Source: Verrucomicrobiota bacterium (GTDB taxonomy: Bacteria > Verrucomicrobiota > Verrucomicrobiia > Limisphaerales > UBA9464). From it: a DNA stretch of 64,000 bases. The stretch is from assembly GCA_046346705.1 (NCBI GenBank), contig JAXMHR010000010.1, positions 141,602 through 205,601 on the forward strand. The letters are read 5' to 3'. Shown here in pieces: positions 9,873 to 19,253 of the stretch. Under the pieces are notes generated by a model. The model was given only the letters and a program-made list of their open reading frames with translations, did not search any database and was not told the DNA's origin. A program made the translations under genes and the position numbers. The stretch's first letter is position 1. Every line of letters starts with the position of its first letter.

Positions 9873-10502
9873 TCAATCTTGAAGGCCGGCCTTGCGAAGC
9901 TTCGGGGCGATCACCCGCTGGCAGTACGGATTCCGATCCTTGTTCAGGCGATAGTAATTCTGATGGTAGTTCTCCGCGGGATAGAATTCGGTGGCCCGGG
10001 TGATTTCCGTCACGATGGGCTTTGAAAACTCCTTTCCAGCCTCCGCCTTGGATTTCTCAGCGATCGCCCGCTGTTCGTCCGTGAAGTAGAAGATTGCCGA
10101 ACGATACTGGGTTCCGGCGTCCGCCCCCTGGCGGTTGAGGCTCGTGGGGTCGTGGACGTGCCAGAATTTGGAGAGAATCTTCCCAAGATCCGTAACCTTT
10201 GGATCGAACACGAGGAGTGCCACTTCAGCATGGCCCGTTTCGCCCGTGCAGACCTGATCGTAGGTTGGGTCTTTGACGGTACCCCCCATGTATCCCGAAG
10301 TGACGGACAGCACTCCCGGGATCTGCTGGTAGACCGCCTCCGTGCACCAAAAGCATCCCGCCCCCAACACGACCTTTTCCGCACCTGGCGGCACCGAGGG
10401 AACTGTCGCCGGCTTCTTTGGAGACGGGGTGGCAACGGGCTGACCCAGGCAAAGTTCAAGACCGATCCACGGGAGGAGGAAGAGCCAGAGGATTCGTTTC
10501 AT
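9873..10502 (-). CDS. msrA: Peptide-methionine (S)-S-oxide reductase MsrA with an N-terminal export signal
   Basis: Catalytic 'GAGCFWCTEAVY', 'SGYMGG', 'TGHAEV' and 'YHQNY' motifs. Signal peptide 'MKRILWLFLLPWIGLELCLG'. Confidence 0.9.
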   Translation of the reverse strand: MKRILWLFLLPWIGLELCLGQPVATPSPKKPATVPSVPPGAEKVVLGAGCFWCTEAVYQQIPGVLSVTSGYMGGTVKDPTYDQVCTGETGHAEVALLVFDPKVTDLGKILSKFWHVHDPTSLNRQGADAGTQYRSAIFYFTDEQRAIAEKSKAEAGKEFSKPIVTEITRATEFYPAENYHQNYYRLNKDRNPYCQRVIAPKLRKAGLQD

Positions 10503-10658
10503 TGGAGATGGTGGCGTTCAATATATTTCCCCACGCAGAAGCCATCGCTCTGGAGGGGCCGAACGTCATGACGATGGCAGGAGGTTGGGTTCGGATCAAT
10601 GCCGCCGGGTCCGGGATGCTCTCCCCAGAATCGGTGATCCTGTCGATGGACTTATCCC

Positions 10659-11417
10659 TTGCCGGCACCTCGAATCGGAACGGATGATCCCGAAGTGTTC
10701 GCACGTTTCCCCACCTGGTTGGCGCCATCTCCGTTGGCCCGGAGGGTGGTTCCATTCGCCGTTTTCGCGGCGCTGACTTCACTTCAGGGCGGCCTGGGTC
10801 TGGGGGAAGGTTCCCGGTACTGGATCTATCTGGTGAAGACCGTGCTGGGGGCCTGGATGATCTGGTCTCTCTGGAAGGAGCTTCCCGAGTGTCGATGGGC
10901 GTTGAGTTGGGAGGCGATCGTGGTCGGAGTCCTCGTCTTTGCACTCTGGGTCGGGCTCGACGGTCGCTACCCCTCTCTCTCCGACCTGCTGGCACGAATG
11001 GGAATGGGGAAGGGGGATTCCGCGGAGCATCTCCCGCAGCCATGGAATCCGCATGCTTACTTCGGGTCGGGAAGCGCACTGGCCTGGGTGTTCATCGCCC
11101 TGCGCATCGCCGGGTCATCGCTGGTCGTTCCCCCCATCGAGGAAGTGTTTTACCGTTCATTTCTCTACCGGTATCTGGCGGATCCCCAATGGGAAACCGT
11201 CCCGCTGAATCGGTGGAGTCCGGCGGCGTTCCTGATCACGTCCACCGCCTTTGGAATGGTTCACCAGGAGTGGCTGCCCGGAATCCTGTGTGGCATCGCG
11301 TACCAGGGATTGGTACTGAGGAAGAATCGGCTTGGGGACGCGATGACCGCCCACGCCATTACCAACTTCCTTCTGGGGATCTGGGTGGCTTGGAAGGCTG
11401 CGTGGAACTTCTGGTAA
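10659..11417 (+). CDS. CPBP family intramembrane glutamic endopeptidase (CAAX protease-like)
   Basis: Multiple TM segments. CPBP motifs 'EEVFYRSFLY', 'FGMVHQ' and 'HAITNF'. The stop overlaps the next start (TAATG at 11415-11419). Confidence 0.75.
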   Translation: MPAPRIGTDDPEVFARFPTWLAPSPLARRVVPFAVFAALTSLQGGLGLGEGSRYWIYLVKTVLGAWMIWSLWKELPECRWALSWEAIVVGVLVFALWVGLDGRYPSLSDLLARMGMGKGDSAEHLPQPWNPHAYFGSGSALAWVFIALRIAGSSLVVPPIEEVFYRSFLYRYLADPQWETVPLNRWSPAAFLITSTAFGMVHQEWLPGILCGIAYQGLVLRKNRLGDAMTAHAITNFLLGIWVAWKAAWNFW

Positions 11418-13024
11418 TGAAGGAAACCGCGCCTCCGCCCTGCGTCGTCTTTGAGGACGCCGATCTTCTGGTCGTCCACAAGCCCCCGGGATGGAACACC
11501 CACTCCCCGGCGCCGTTTGCAGGCGAGGGGATTTTCGAGTGGTTTCGGAATCGTTCACCCCGATGGGAGCGGCTGGCCATCATTCACCGACTGGACAAGG
11601 ACACCAGTGGGCTCCTCGTCTTTGGAAAGTCTCCCGAGGCCAATCGTTCCCTCACCGAGCAGTTCGCCCGGCGCAAGGTCCGCAAGGAATACCTCCTCGT
11701 GACGGACCGGCCGGTGAAAAGGGATCCGTTCGTGGTGCGGCTCAACATTCGAAGGCTTGGAGACCGATATGTTTCGGGTCCCCACTCTGAGGGGGGCGAA
11801 TCGGCGGAGACGCGGTTTCGGGTTTTGGGTACGGACGAAAATGGGACTTTGATTGCGGCCGAGCCTGTCACGGGTCGGACCCACCAGATTCGAGTCCACG
11901 CCTCCTCCAGTGGATTTCCCATACTTGGGGACAGCCTTTACGGTGGCGCGCCGGCACACCGTCTTCACCTTCACGCAGCCCGACTCCGTTTGTTTCATCC
12001 CCGAACCGGTGAGGCTTTGGAATGGGAAGCGGCTCCCGAATTTTCCTCCCCGGCAACCGAACGGTTGCGCCGAGCCATTGTGACGCCACCCGAGACGGAT
12101 GCCTTCCGAAGCATCCACGGCGCCGCGGACGGATTTTCCCGGAGGTACCTGGACCGACTGGGAGACTGGTCGCTGGTCGAAGGCGAGGGTGAGGTGCCCT
12201 CGGATGCCGAAGTGGAAAAGCTGCTGCAGTGGTCGGGCTCGAATTCCCGGGGTGTTTACTTCAAAGCCCTCAGAAAACAGGTGCGTCAAACGACACCTGC
12301 GGAGGCCTGCCCGATTTTGAAGACGGGCACCGAAGCACCGCCACGCTTCGAAGTTCGGGAGAATGGCCTTCGATTCGAGCTGAGTTTTCAGGAGGGATAT
12401 TCGACGGGGCTCTTCCTGGATCAGCGGGACAACCGACGACGTCTGCTGACCCAGCATGTGGGCGCCGGTTTCCCCTTGAGCCCGGAAGGTGATGGAACTC
12501 CGCGAGAGCTGCTAAATTGCTTTTCCTACACCTGCGGATTCAGCGTCGCCGGCGCGGCAGGGGGAATGAGAACCACCAGCCTCGATCTTTCGAGGAAGTA
12601 TCTGGATTGGGGACGCCGGAATTTCGTCCTCAATGGACTCGACCCGGCCTCGCACGATTTCATTTACGGGGATGTCTTCGACTGGCTGGGTCGTCTCGCC
12701 AGGAAGTCGCGGCGTTTTCAGGTCCTCGTCCTGGATCCACCGACCTTCTCGCGTTCCCGGGAACACGGTGATTTTCGTGCGGAATCCGACTACGGAAACC
12801 TGGTGAATCTCGCGCTTCCCCTCCTCGCGCCTGGTGGCGTCCTCTTGGCCTCCACGAACGCGTCCCGATTGTCCCCCGACCATTTTGTCGCTCTGATTCG
12901 AGAGGCGATTCACGGCGCCGGGCGGCGGTGCCTCGCCGAGTTGTATGTCCCCCAGCCCCCGGATTTCCCCATCACCCGGGACGAACCCGCACACCTGAAG
13001 ACATTTTGGTGCGCGGTTTCATGA
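11417..13024 (+). CDS. Fusion protein: RluA-family pseudouridine synthase (N) + PF10672/RlmK-RlmI-type SAM methyltransferase (C)
   Basis: N half: 'DLLVVHKPPGWNTHS', 'HRLDKDTSGLLVF', 'GRTHQIRVH', 'LHLHAARL'. C half: 'STGLFLDQRDNRRRL', 'LLNCFSYTCGFSVA', 'VLVLDPPTFS', 'GGVLLASTN'. The 711-aa track ORF from 10889 is an upstream extension that overlaps the CPBP gene, so the ATG at 11417 is used. Confidence 0.75.
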   Translation: MKETAPPPCVVFEDADLLVVHKPPGWNTHSPAPFAGEGIFEWFRNRSPRWERLAIIHRLDKDTSGLLVFGKSPEANRSLTEQFARRKVRKEYLLVTDRPVKRDPFVVRLNIRRLGDRYVSGPHSEGGESAETRFRVLGTDENGTLIAAEPVTGRTHQIRVHASSSGFPILGDSLYGGAPAHRLHLHAARLRLFHPRTGEALEWEAAPEFSSPATERLRRAIVTPPETDAFRSIHGAADGFSRRYLDRLGDWSLVEGEGEVPSDAEVEKLLQWSGSNSRGVYFKALRKQVRQTTPAEACPILKTGTEAPPRFEVRENGLRFELSFQEGYSTGLFLDQRDNRRRLLTQHVGAGFPLSPEGDGTPRELLNCFSYTCGFSVAGAAGGMRTTSLDLSRKYLDWGRRNFVLNGLDPASHDFIYGDVFDWLGRLARKSRRFQVLVLDPPTFSRSREHGDFRAESDYGNLVNLALPLLAPGGVLLASTNASRLSPDHFVALIREAIHGAGRRCLAELYVPQPPDFPITRDEPAHLKTFWCAVS

Positions 13025-13103
13025 ACATCGCGATGGTCAACTCGTTCTTTCGCGTCCGAAGTCCTCGGGGTAGGGTCCGGGGACGTGAAGAAAGGGTCGT
13101 TTG

Positions 13104-14274
13104 ATGAGATTCCCTCGGGTTTTGGATGACATCCAGGGGAAGATGGTGATCGTGGTCGATGATGAGGATCGGGAGAATGAGGGCGACCTGGTGGCGGCCG
13201 CGGAAAAGCCACCCCTGCCACCGTCAATTTCATGGCGAAGTTTGACGCGGGCTTATCTGCGTGCCCGCATCTGAAGACGCCTCGCGCTCGGCATCGAGGA
13301 AATGGTCTCCCAAAACCGGGAGATGTCGACGGCATTCCAGTGAGCGGACGCTGCTGAGAGGTATCACCTCGGGAATCAGTGCCGCCGATCGCGCGCGGAC
13401 GATCCGGGTCCTAGCCAATCCTCGTGCCATTCCCGACGATCTCAAGAAGCCTGGCCACATCTTCCGCTCCGCGCCAAGTCGGGAGGAGTTTTGCAACGTG
13501 CCGGCTACGGAAAGCCGCCGTCGATCTCGGTGACGACTCGCCGGATGCCGCCCCGTCGGCGTCATCTGTAACCGCGAAGGAGCGCGACGGCACGATGGCT
13601 CGCCTTCCGGAGTTGCGACGATCCGCAAGGCGCTACGGACTTCGGATCTGTTCCATTGAGCAGCTGATCCAGTTCCGCCGTGCCTCGGACCGCCTGGTGG
13701 AACACGTGGAGACCATTCGAATGCCGACCGATTACGGCGAATTCAATCTGCATCTTTATCGGTCGAAGATTGACGGGCTACACCATCTCGCGTTGGTCAA
13801 GGGAGAGGTCAAGGGGGCGAAGGGGGTCTTGGTCCGAGTGCACAGTGCACGTTTGACGGGTGACGTATTTGGATCCCGGCGATGCGATTGCGGTCCCTTA
13901 GCCGCATGCCGCCAGCGACGAGGAGGCAGGGCAGGAGTAATCCTGGCTACGCAGAGACAGGAGGGGGCGCGGGGATCGGCCTTCCCGCCAAGTTGCGCGC
14001 CTACCGGTTGCAGGAACAGGGATTGGACACAGTGGATGCTAATCTCAAGCTCGGTTTCCCCATGGATCTCCGGGACTATGGGGTGGGCGCGCAAATGCTC
14101 TGTGATCTCGGTCTGAAAACGATCCGTTTGCTGACCAACAATCCCAAGAAGGTCGTCGGACTTCAGGGCTACGGATTGGAGATCGTCGAGCAGCTTCCGA
14201 TTCGGGTGAAACCAAATCCGCACAATGCGGACTATCTGAAGACCAAGCGGGATCGGATGGGACATCTGCTGTAA
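13104..14274 (+). pseudogene. ribBA: ribBA (3,4-dihydroxy-2-butanone-4-phosphate synthase / GTP cyclohydrolase II) disrupted by many frameshifts
   Basis: Consensus RibB/RibA peptides are scattered over all three + frames. In order they are '[24 protein letters not shown]', '[15 protein letters not shown]', 'LICVPASE', 'RRLALGIEEMV..TAF', 'ITSGISAADRARTIRVLANP..KKPGHIF', 'PLRAKSGGVLQRAG', 'AAVDL', 'RLAGCRPVGVIC', '[31 protein letters not shown]' and '[45 protein letters not shown]'. Confidence 0.75.
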
Positions 14275-14305
14275 GGGGCCGGCTGCTGGGATCCCGGGAT
14301 CCGTC

Positions 14306-14812
14306 ATGGCGGAAAGGGCCGAACTCGGGCAGTCTTTCACCATGCTGAAGACGCAATCGGCCGAGGGGCTTCCCTCGGGGGCGGAGTTTCGATTTGCTGT
14401 GGTCGCCTCCAAATACAACGCGACCTACGTGGACGGCCTGTTGAAGGCGGCGCTGGGTACTCTCCAGGGAGCCGGAGCTCCTGAACCGGAGGTAATCCGT
14501 GTCCCCGGTTCCTGGGAAATTCCTGTCGTGGCCGCGGCTGTGGCGCGCAGGAACCGGGGACGCCCCGATGCCATCCTGTGTTTTGGCGTCATCTGGCAGG
14601 GGGAGACCTTCCATGCCCAGCACATTGGAGATGCCGTGAGCGATGCCCTGATGCGCCTTGCCGTCGAATTCGGGGTGCCCGTAATCCATCAGGTGCTCAC
14701 CGTGTCCACGGAGGAGCAGGCGGTCGCGCGTTGCCTCAATCCCGAAACGAATCGGGGAATAGAAGCCGCCCGGACCGCGCTCGAAATGGCACAGTTGCTT
14801 CGAACCCTCTAG
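14306..14812 (+). CDS. ribH: 6,7-dimethyl-8-ribityllumazine synthase
   Basis: 'RFAVVASKYNATYVDGLL', 'VPGSWEIPV', 'DAILCFGVIWQGETFHAQHIGDAV', 'PVIHQVLT'. A single intact frame. Confidence 0.9.
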   Translation: MAERAELGQSFTMLKTQSAEGLPSGAEFRFAVVASKYNATYVDGLLKAALGTLQGAGAPEPEVIRVPGSWEIPVVAAAVARRNRGRPDAILCFGVIWQGETFHAQHIGDAVSDALMRLAVEFGVPVIHQVLTVSTEEQAVARCLNPETNRGIEAARTALEMAQLLRTL

Positions 14813-14826
14813 GTCCCACCGACGGA

Positions 14827-17154
14827 ATGGGGAAACGACGGGTCATCGAAATCCTTGTCTTCGGCGTCACCTTGGCGGGCGCCGTGGCTTTTGTTCAGTG
14901 GCCATCCCGAACGCCGAAGCCCAACGGCAACCTGACTCCGGCGGAGGCGGAATCCGCAGCCCGCGCCTATTTGGCGTTGGAGGCAAAGGAACAGGAAATG
15001 GACCGGACCCTCTGGGCCCCAGAGATCCACGCGGAACGCTACGAAGACGAATTGACGCGGCTGTGGGACTCCCTGAATGCGTCCACCAATCGTTGGGAAT
15101 TTTGTGCGGCGTATCCGGTTTCGGAGTACCGAATCCCAATTCTCACGGCCCCCGCGATGCTGGCGCATGGCATCTCCCGGAGGACACAAGGCCCGGGTCA
15201 ACCCCGTGTCCTCGATCACGAAGCCTGGAAATCCTGGTGCGCGAAGCTCTCCGGGAATGGATGGACATTGGAAGCCACGCATTGGGCACTGGTATCCCAT
15301 CGAGGGCACACCGGGGCGGTCCCGGAGGTATCGACGGTCCGGTTTTCCGCCCGCCTTCTCAATGCCGCCGAAAACCGGCGCGCGAGTCTGGGGGCGACGG
15401 TGTTCGTGGAATGGAGATCGGAGGAATCCCCGACGCCCATGGTGAAGTCGGCGACGGTCACATCGCTGGAACTTCTGGAACGGGCAGGGACGCCACCGTT
15501 TTCGCATTGGTTGGAAGCGGACCTTCCTGCAGGTCCTGGAGTTTTCAACGATCCGCTCCTTGTTCGTGATCTGAATCGCGATGGAAGACCTGAGATCCTT
15601 TTGGTGGGAGCAGGGGAGCTCTGGCTCAACCAGACCGCCGAAGCCCCTCCGGGTGTCCCCTTTCTACGCAAGACGGCGGGCGCCCTGCCGAAGGAGAGGA
15701 TTCAAGCCGCGGTTTGTGCCGACGCGGACGGGGACGGAACGGAGGATTTGATCCTCGCCGGGCGGGAAGGCGTCCGGTGGATTCGCGGGACCGGTGACGT
15801 CCCTTGGGGAAATCCCGAGGACGGATGGCGAGCACCTGTGCCGCTCAAGCATCCGCAAGCTCTCACCGTTGGCGATGTGGACGGGGACGGGGATCTGGAC
15901 CTGTGGCTGGTCCAGTACAAACTACCCTACCAGCAGGGACAGTTTCCCACCCCCTGGTTTGATGCCCGCGACGGATTCCCTTCCTTTCTCTTGTTGAATG
16001 ACGGACACGGGCATTTCCGCGACGGCACAGACGCCGCAGGGCTTTCGGACGTGCGGCTGCGGCGTGGGTACAGTGCGTCCCTGGTGGACCTGGATCTGGA
16101 CGGCGACCTGGATCTTGTCCTGGTCAGCGATTTCGCGGGACTGGATGTCCTCCTGAACGATGGGAAAGGCCACTTCAAGAATGTTTCCAACGCCCTCGGT
16201 CTGGCGTCACGCGCCTTCGGAATGTCCCATTGCGTATCCGACGTCAATGAGGACGGATTCCCCGATGTTCTCATGCTGGGAATGGGGTCCACCGTTGCCG
16301 AACGTTTGGAATCCCTCGGCTTGGAACGGCGGACACTGGGAGAAGGGCCTGGGACGGTCTCATCCATGATCCGCGGAAACCGACTGTATCTCGGAACACG
16401 GAAGGCCCGGGAACCGTTGCGCCTGTCGAACGATTCCATTGCCGGGGGATTCGGGCAGACGGGGTGGACCTGGGGAGCGGCCTGGGAGGATTTTGACAAT
16501 GACGGGGTTCTTGATTTGGCTGCGGCCACCGGGCACGAAACCCGCCCCAGCACCGCGGACTATGAACGCCAGTTTTGGTTGCATGATCGGTTCGTGGCAG
16601 GATCTGAAAACAATCCGGCGGCCGAGTTTTACTTCCGGACTGCGGCGGGACACAGGCAGGCGGCGGGTGCCAGTTACGGCGGTTGGCAGGACAACCAGTT
16701 TCGATTGGGGAGCCGGGATGGAGTTACGCCGGATGTTGGCTGGTTGCTTGGGTTGGCGGAGCCCGCCGATTCCCGGAATCTGGTGGCGGCGGATCTGGAC
16801 CTCGATGGTCGGATGGACCTTGTGGTAACGACCCAGGAATCCTGGCCGTCTGCGCGACAACGCCTGCTCATCTACCACAATCAGCTCGACTCAGACGGGT
16901 GGGCCGGATTGCAGCTTGGGGGGGGCACGCCTCCTGGGACACGGGTGCAGCTCGAACAGGGGGGCCGAAATCCTGCGCGTTGGCTGCTCACTGGCGATGG
17001 ATTCCGTTCCCAGGGACCGGCTGCGGTACACTTCGGGGTTGGCCGCGATGCCATCTCCGGGTTCAAAGTTTATCAACCCGGTCGCCCGGTCCAAGTCGTG
17101 CGTCCGGCCGTTGCGGAAACGTGGACTGTCCTGCCGGACTCTGGTGGCCGGTAG
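14827..17154 (+). CDS. Membrane-anchored FG-GAP/VCBS repeat protein with ASPIC/UnbV C-terminus (CRTAC1 family)
   Basis: N-terminal TM 'VIEILVFGVTLAGAVAFV'. FG-GAP loops (DADGDGTEDLIL, DVDGDGDLDLWL, DLDLDGDLDLVL, DVNEDGFPDVLM, DFDNDGVLDLAA, DLDLDGRMDLVV). UnbV-like tail. The track ORF from 14578 overlaps ribH, so the ATG at 14827 is used. Confidence 0.75.
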   Translation: MGKRRVIEILVFGVTLAGAVAFVQWPSRTPKPNGNLTPAEAESAARAYLALEAKEQEMDRTLWAPEIHAERYEDELTRLWDSLNASTNRWEFCAAYPVSEYRIPILTAPAMLAHGISRRTQGPGQPRVLDHEAWKSWCAKLSGNGWTLEATHWALVSHRGHTGAVPEVSTVRFSARLLNAAENRRASLGATVFVEWRSEESPTPMVKSATVTSLELLERAGTPPFSHWLEADLPAGPGVFNDPLLVRDLNRDGRPEILLVGAGELWLNQTAEAPPGVPFLRKTAGALPKERIQAAVCADADGDGTEDLILAGREGVRWIRGTGDVPWGNPEDGWRAPVPLKHPQALTVGDVDGDGDLDLWLVQYKLPYQQGQFPTPWFDARDGFPSFLLLNDGHGHFRDGTDAAGLSDVRLRRGYSASLVDLDLDGDLDLVLVSDFAGLDVLLNDGKGHFKNVSNALGLASRAFGMSHCVSDVNEDGFPDVLMLGMGSTVAERLESLGLERRTLGEGPGTVSSMIRGNRLYLGTRKAREPLRLSNDSIAGGFGQTGWTWGAAWEDFDNDGVLDLAAATGHETRPSTADYERQFWLHDRFVAGSENNPAAEFYFRTAAGHRQAAGASYGGWQDNQFRLGSRDGVTPDVGWLLGLAEPADSRNLVAADLDLDGRMDLVVTTQESWPSARQRLLIYHNQLDSDGWAGLQLGGGTPPGTRVQLEQGGRNPARWLLTGDGFRSQGPAAVHFGVGRDAISGFKVYQPGRPVQVVRPAVAETWTVLPDSGGR

Positions 17155-17184
17155 GAGGGAGAGTCGGTTTTTGTACCGGCAAAT

Positions 17185-19191
17185 TCAGGCCGCGGCGGGG
17201 GCAGGGGAGCCAAACCCGGGCAACTTGGGGGGTACCGGCTTGATCACTTCGGGCAGCGGGGTGGCCGCCTGAGCACCACTCGGCGGATCGATCTTGGTGG
17301 AATCCGCGGGCGGAGGAGTAAACTTCCCGGTCTTCACGATTTCCTCGACTTGCGCCCCATCCAAAGTCTCGTACTCCAGCAGCGCATTCGCGATGATTTC
17401 GAGCTTGTCCCGATTCTCGTCAATCAGGCGCTTTGCTGTGTTGTAGCCATCCTCTACAAACCGTTTCACTTCGGCGTCGATGAGTTCCGCGGTCTCGTCG
17501 CTGTAGTCCTTGGATCGCATCATGTCGCGACCGAGGAAGACGTATTCCTGGGATTCCCCGTACAGCACGTGCCCCAGTTTTTCGCTCATGCCCCAATGCA
17601 TGACCATTGACTTGGCGATCGACGTCGCCTGCTGGATGTCGCTTGAGGCCCCACTGGAAATGTCGTCGATGACCAGGGATTCGGCGATCCGGCCCGCCAT
17701 GATCATCGTGATCATGTCCACCGCCTGTTTGCGGCGCATGTTGAGTACGTCCTCCTTGGGAAGGGACATCGTGACCCCCAGGGCCCGCCCTCGGGGAATG
17801 ATGGTCACCTTATGAAGCGGATGCGTGTGCTGAAGGAGTACGTTTACCAGGGCGTGTCCCGCTTCGTGCCAGGCCGTGGCGCGCTTCTCTTCTTCCGACA
17901 TCGCGAGGCTCCGGCGTTCGCGTCCCCAGCGGACCTTGTCCCGGGCCTCCTCAAGTTCGTGCATGCCGATCGCCTTGCGACCGGCGCTGGCGGCAATGAG
18001 GGCGGCCTCATTCAGAAGGTTGGCCAACTCGGCGCCCGAAAACCCCGGAGTCCCTCGCGCTATGACCGAGAGGTCCACACCGCCTTCCAGTTTTACGTTT
18101 TTGGCGTGGACCTTCAGGATCGCTTCCCGTCCTCGAACATCGGGCAAGTTGACGGTGACCTGACGATCAAAGCGTCCCGGCCGAAGGAGCGCGGGATCGA
18201 GAACGTCCGGCCGGTTGGTCGCCGCAATGATGATGATGCCTTCCGTGGTGTCGAAGCCGTCCATCTCGACCAGCAGGGCGTTCAGCGTCTGTTCGCGTTC
18301 ATCATTGCCGCCGCCCATTCCATGTCCACGGGCGCGGCCCACGGCGTCAATCTCGTCGATGAAGATCAAGCAGGGAGTGCTCTTGCGCGCCTGCTCAAAC
18401 ATGTCACGAACGCGGCTGGCACCCACTCCGACGAACATTTCGACGAAGTCGGAGCCGCTGATGCTGAAGAAGGCTGCGTCCGCCTCCCCGGCAATCGCCT
18501 TGGCCAACAGGGTCTTTCCCGTGCCCGGAGGACCAACCATGAGGACACCCTTGGGAATTCGGCCCCCAAGCTTTTGAAATTTCTTGGGATCCTTGAGAAA
18601 CTCCACCAGCTCGGCGACTTCCTCCTTGGCCTCCTCCACCCCGGCGACGTCCTTGAAGGTCGTCTTGTTCTTCTCCTTGCTGAGCAGGCGGGCCTTGGAT
18701 TTCCCGAAGCTCAACGCTCCGCGTCCGGCAGCCTTGATTTGGCGTACGAAGAAAAACCAGATGAGGACCGCCAGAATCAGGATGGGCAGGTATCCCAACA
18801 CGATCTGAAGCAGGGCATTGTTGTTCTCCACCGGGATGAAGACGCCGGTGTCCATGAGGGCGTCCATGCGTTCCGGCGAGAGCACCGCCTCGACCTGAAA
18901 GGAAGCGAGATTCGTTTTGCCCTCTTTCACCACCTGGTATTGGCCTCGCACCAGTCGCAGCTGGGACTGGGGAACGAAATTGATCTCCCCTTTCACCACC
19001 AGGTTCGACGCCACCAGATCGAACAACTCCTTCTGTTTGATTACCTCAATCCCTCGTTGCGAGTTCTTCTGGAAGAACAGCAGAAGGGGAATCAGCGCGG
19101 CGACGGCGATCCAGACCAGCCAAGTGCGCGCAGGGAAACTGGATCCTCCCGAAGGAGAAGGACCTCGACTATTGTCGTTTTGCTCAGGCAT
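17185..19191 (-). CDS. ftsH: ATP-dependent zinc metalloprotease FtsH
   Basis: Walker A '[13 protein letters not shown]', Walker B 'IIFIDEIDA', SRH '[19 protein letters not shown]', zinc site 'HEAGHAL'. Two N-terminal TM segments. Confidence 0.95.
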   Translation of the reverse strand: MPEQNDNSRGPSPSGGSSFPARTWLVWIAVAALIPLLLFFQKNSQRGIEVIKQKELFDLVASNLVVKGEINFVPQSQLRLVRGQYQVVKEGKTNLASFQVEAVLSPERMDALMDTGVFIPVENNNALLQIVLGYLPILILAVLIWFFFVRQIKAAGRGALSFGKSKARLLSKEKNKTTFKDVAGVEEAKEEVAELVEFLKDPKKFQKLGGRIPKGVLMVGPPGTGKTLLAKAIAGEADAAFFSISGSDFVEMFVGVGASRVRDMFEQARKSTPCLIFIDEIDAVGRARGHGMGGGNDEREQTLNALLVEMDGFDTTEGIIIIAATNRPDVLDPALLRPGRFDRQVTVNLPDVRGREAILKVHAKNVKLEGGVDLSVIARGTPGFSGAELANLLNEAALIAASAGRKAIGMHELEEARDKVRWGRERRSLAMSEEEKRATAWHEAGHALVNVLLQHTHPLHKVTIIPRGRALGVTMSLPKEDVLNMRRKQAVDMITMIMAGRIAESLVIDDISSGASSDIQQATSIAKSMVMHWGMSEKLGHVLYGESQEYVFLGRDMMRSKDYSDETAELIDAEVKRFVEDGYNTAKRLIDENRDKLEIIANALLEYETLDGAQVEEIVKTGKFTPPPADSTKIDPPSGAQAATPLPEVIKPVPPKLPGFGSPAPAAA

Positions 19192-19253
19192 GACGAACTG
19201 CTGAGCAAGCTATCAGTGCCCCGGGACCGCGCAAGCCGCGTTTCCCGGCGTAA

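Noticed and set aside
10889-11416. N-terminal 176 codons of the 711-aa track ORF
   Set aside because: This part overlaps the CPBP protease gene in another frame and has no motifs. The RluA domain starts right at the ATG at 11417, which overlaps the CPBP stop.
13025-13103. FMN (RFN) riboswitch upstream of ribBA
   Set aside because: Only 79 nt separate the preceding stop from the ribBA start. I could not find the conserved RFN core elements.
14578-14826. Upstream extension of the FG-GAP ORF overlapping ribH
   Set aside because: It overlaps the intact ribH frame. A plausible start with a TM anchor (MGKRRVIEILVFGV) occurs at 14827, 15 nt after the ribH stop.
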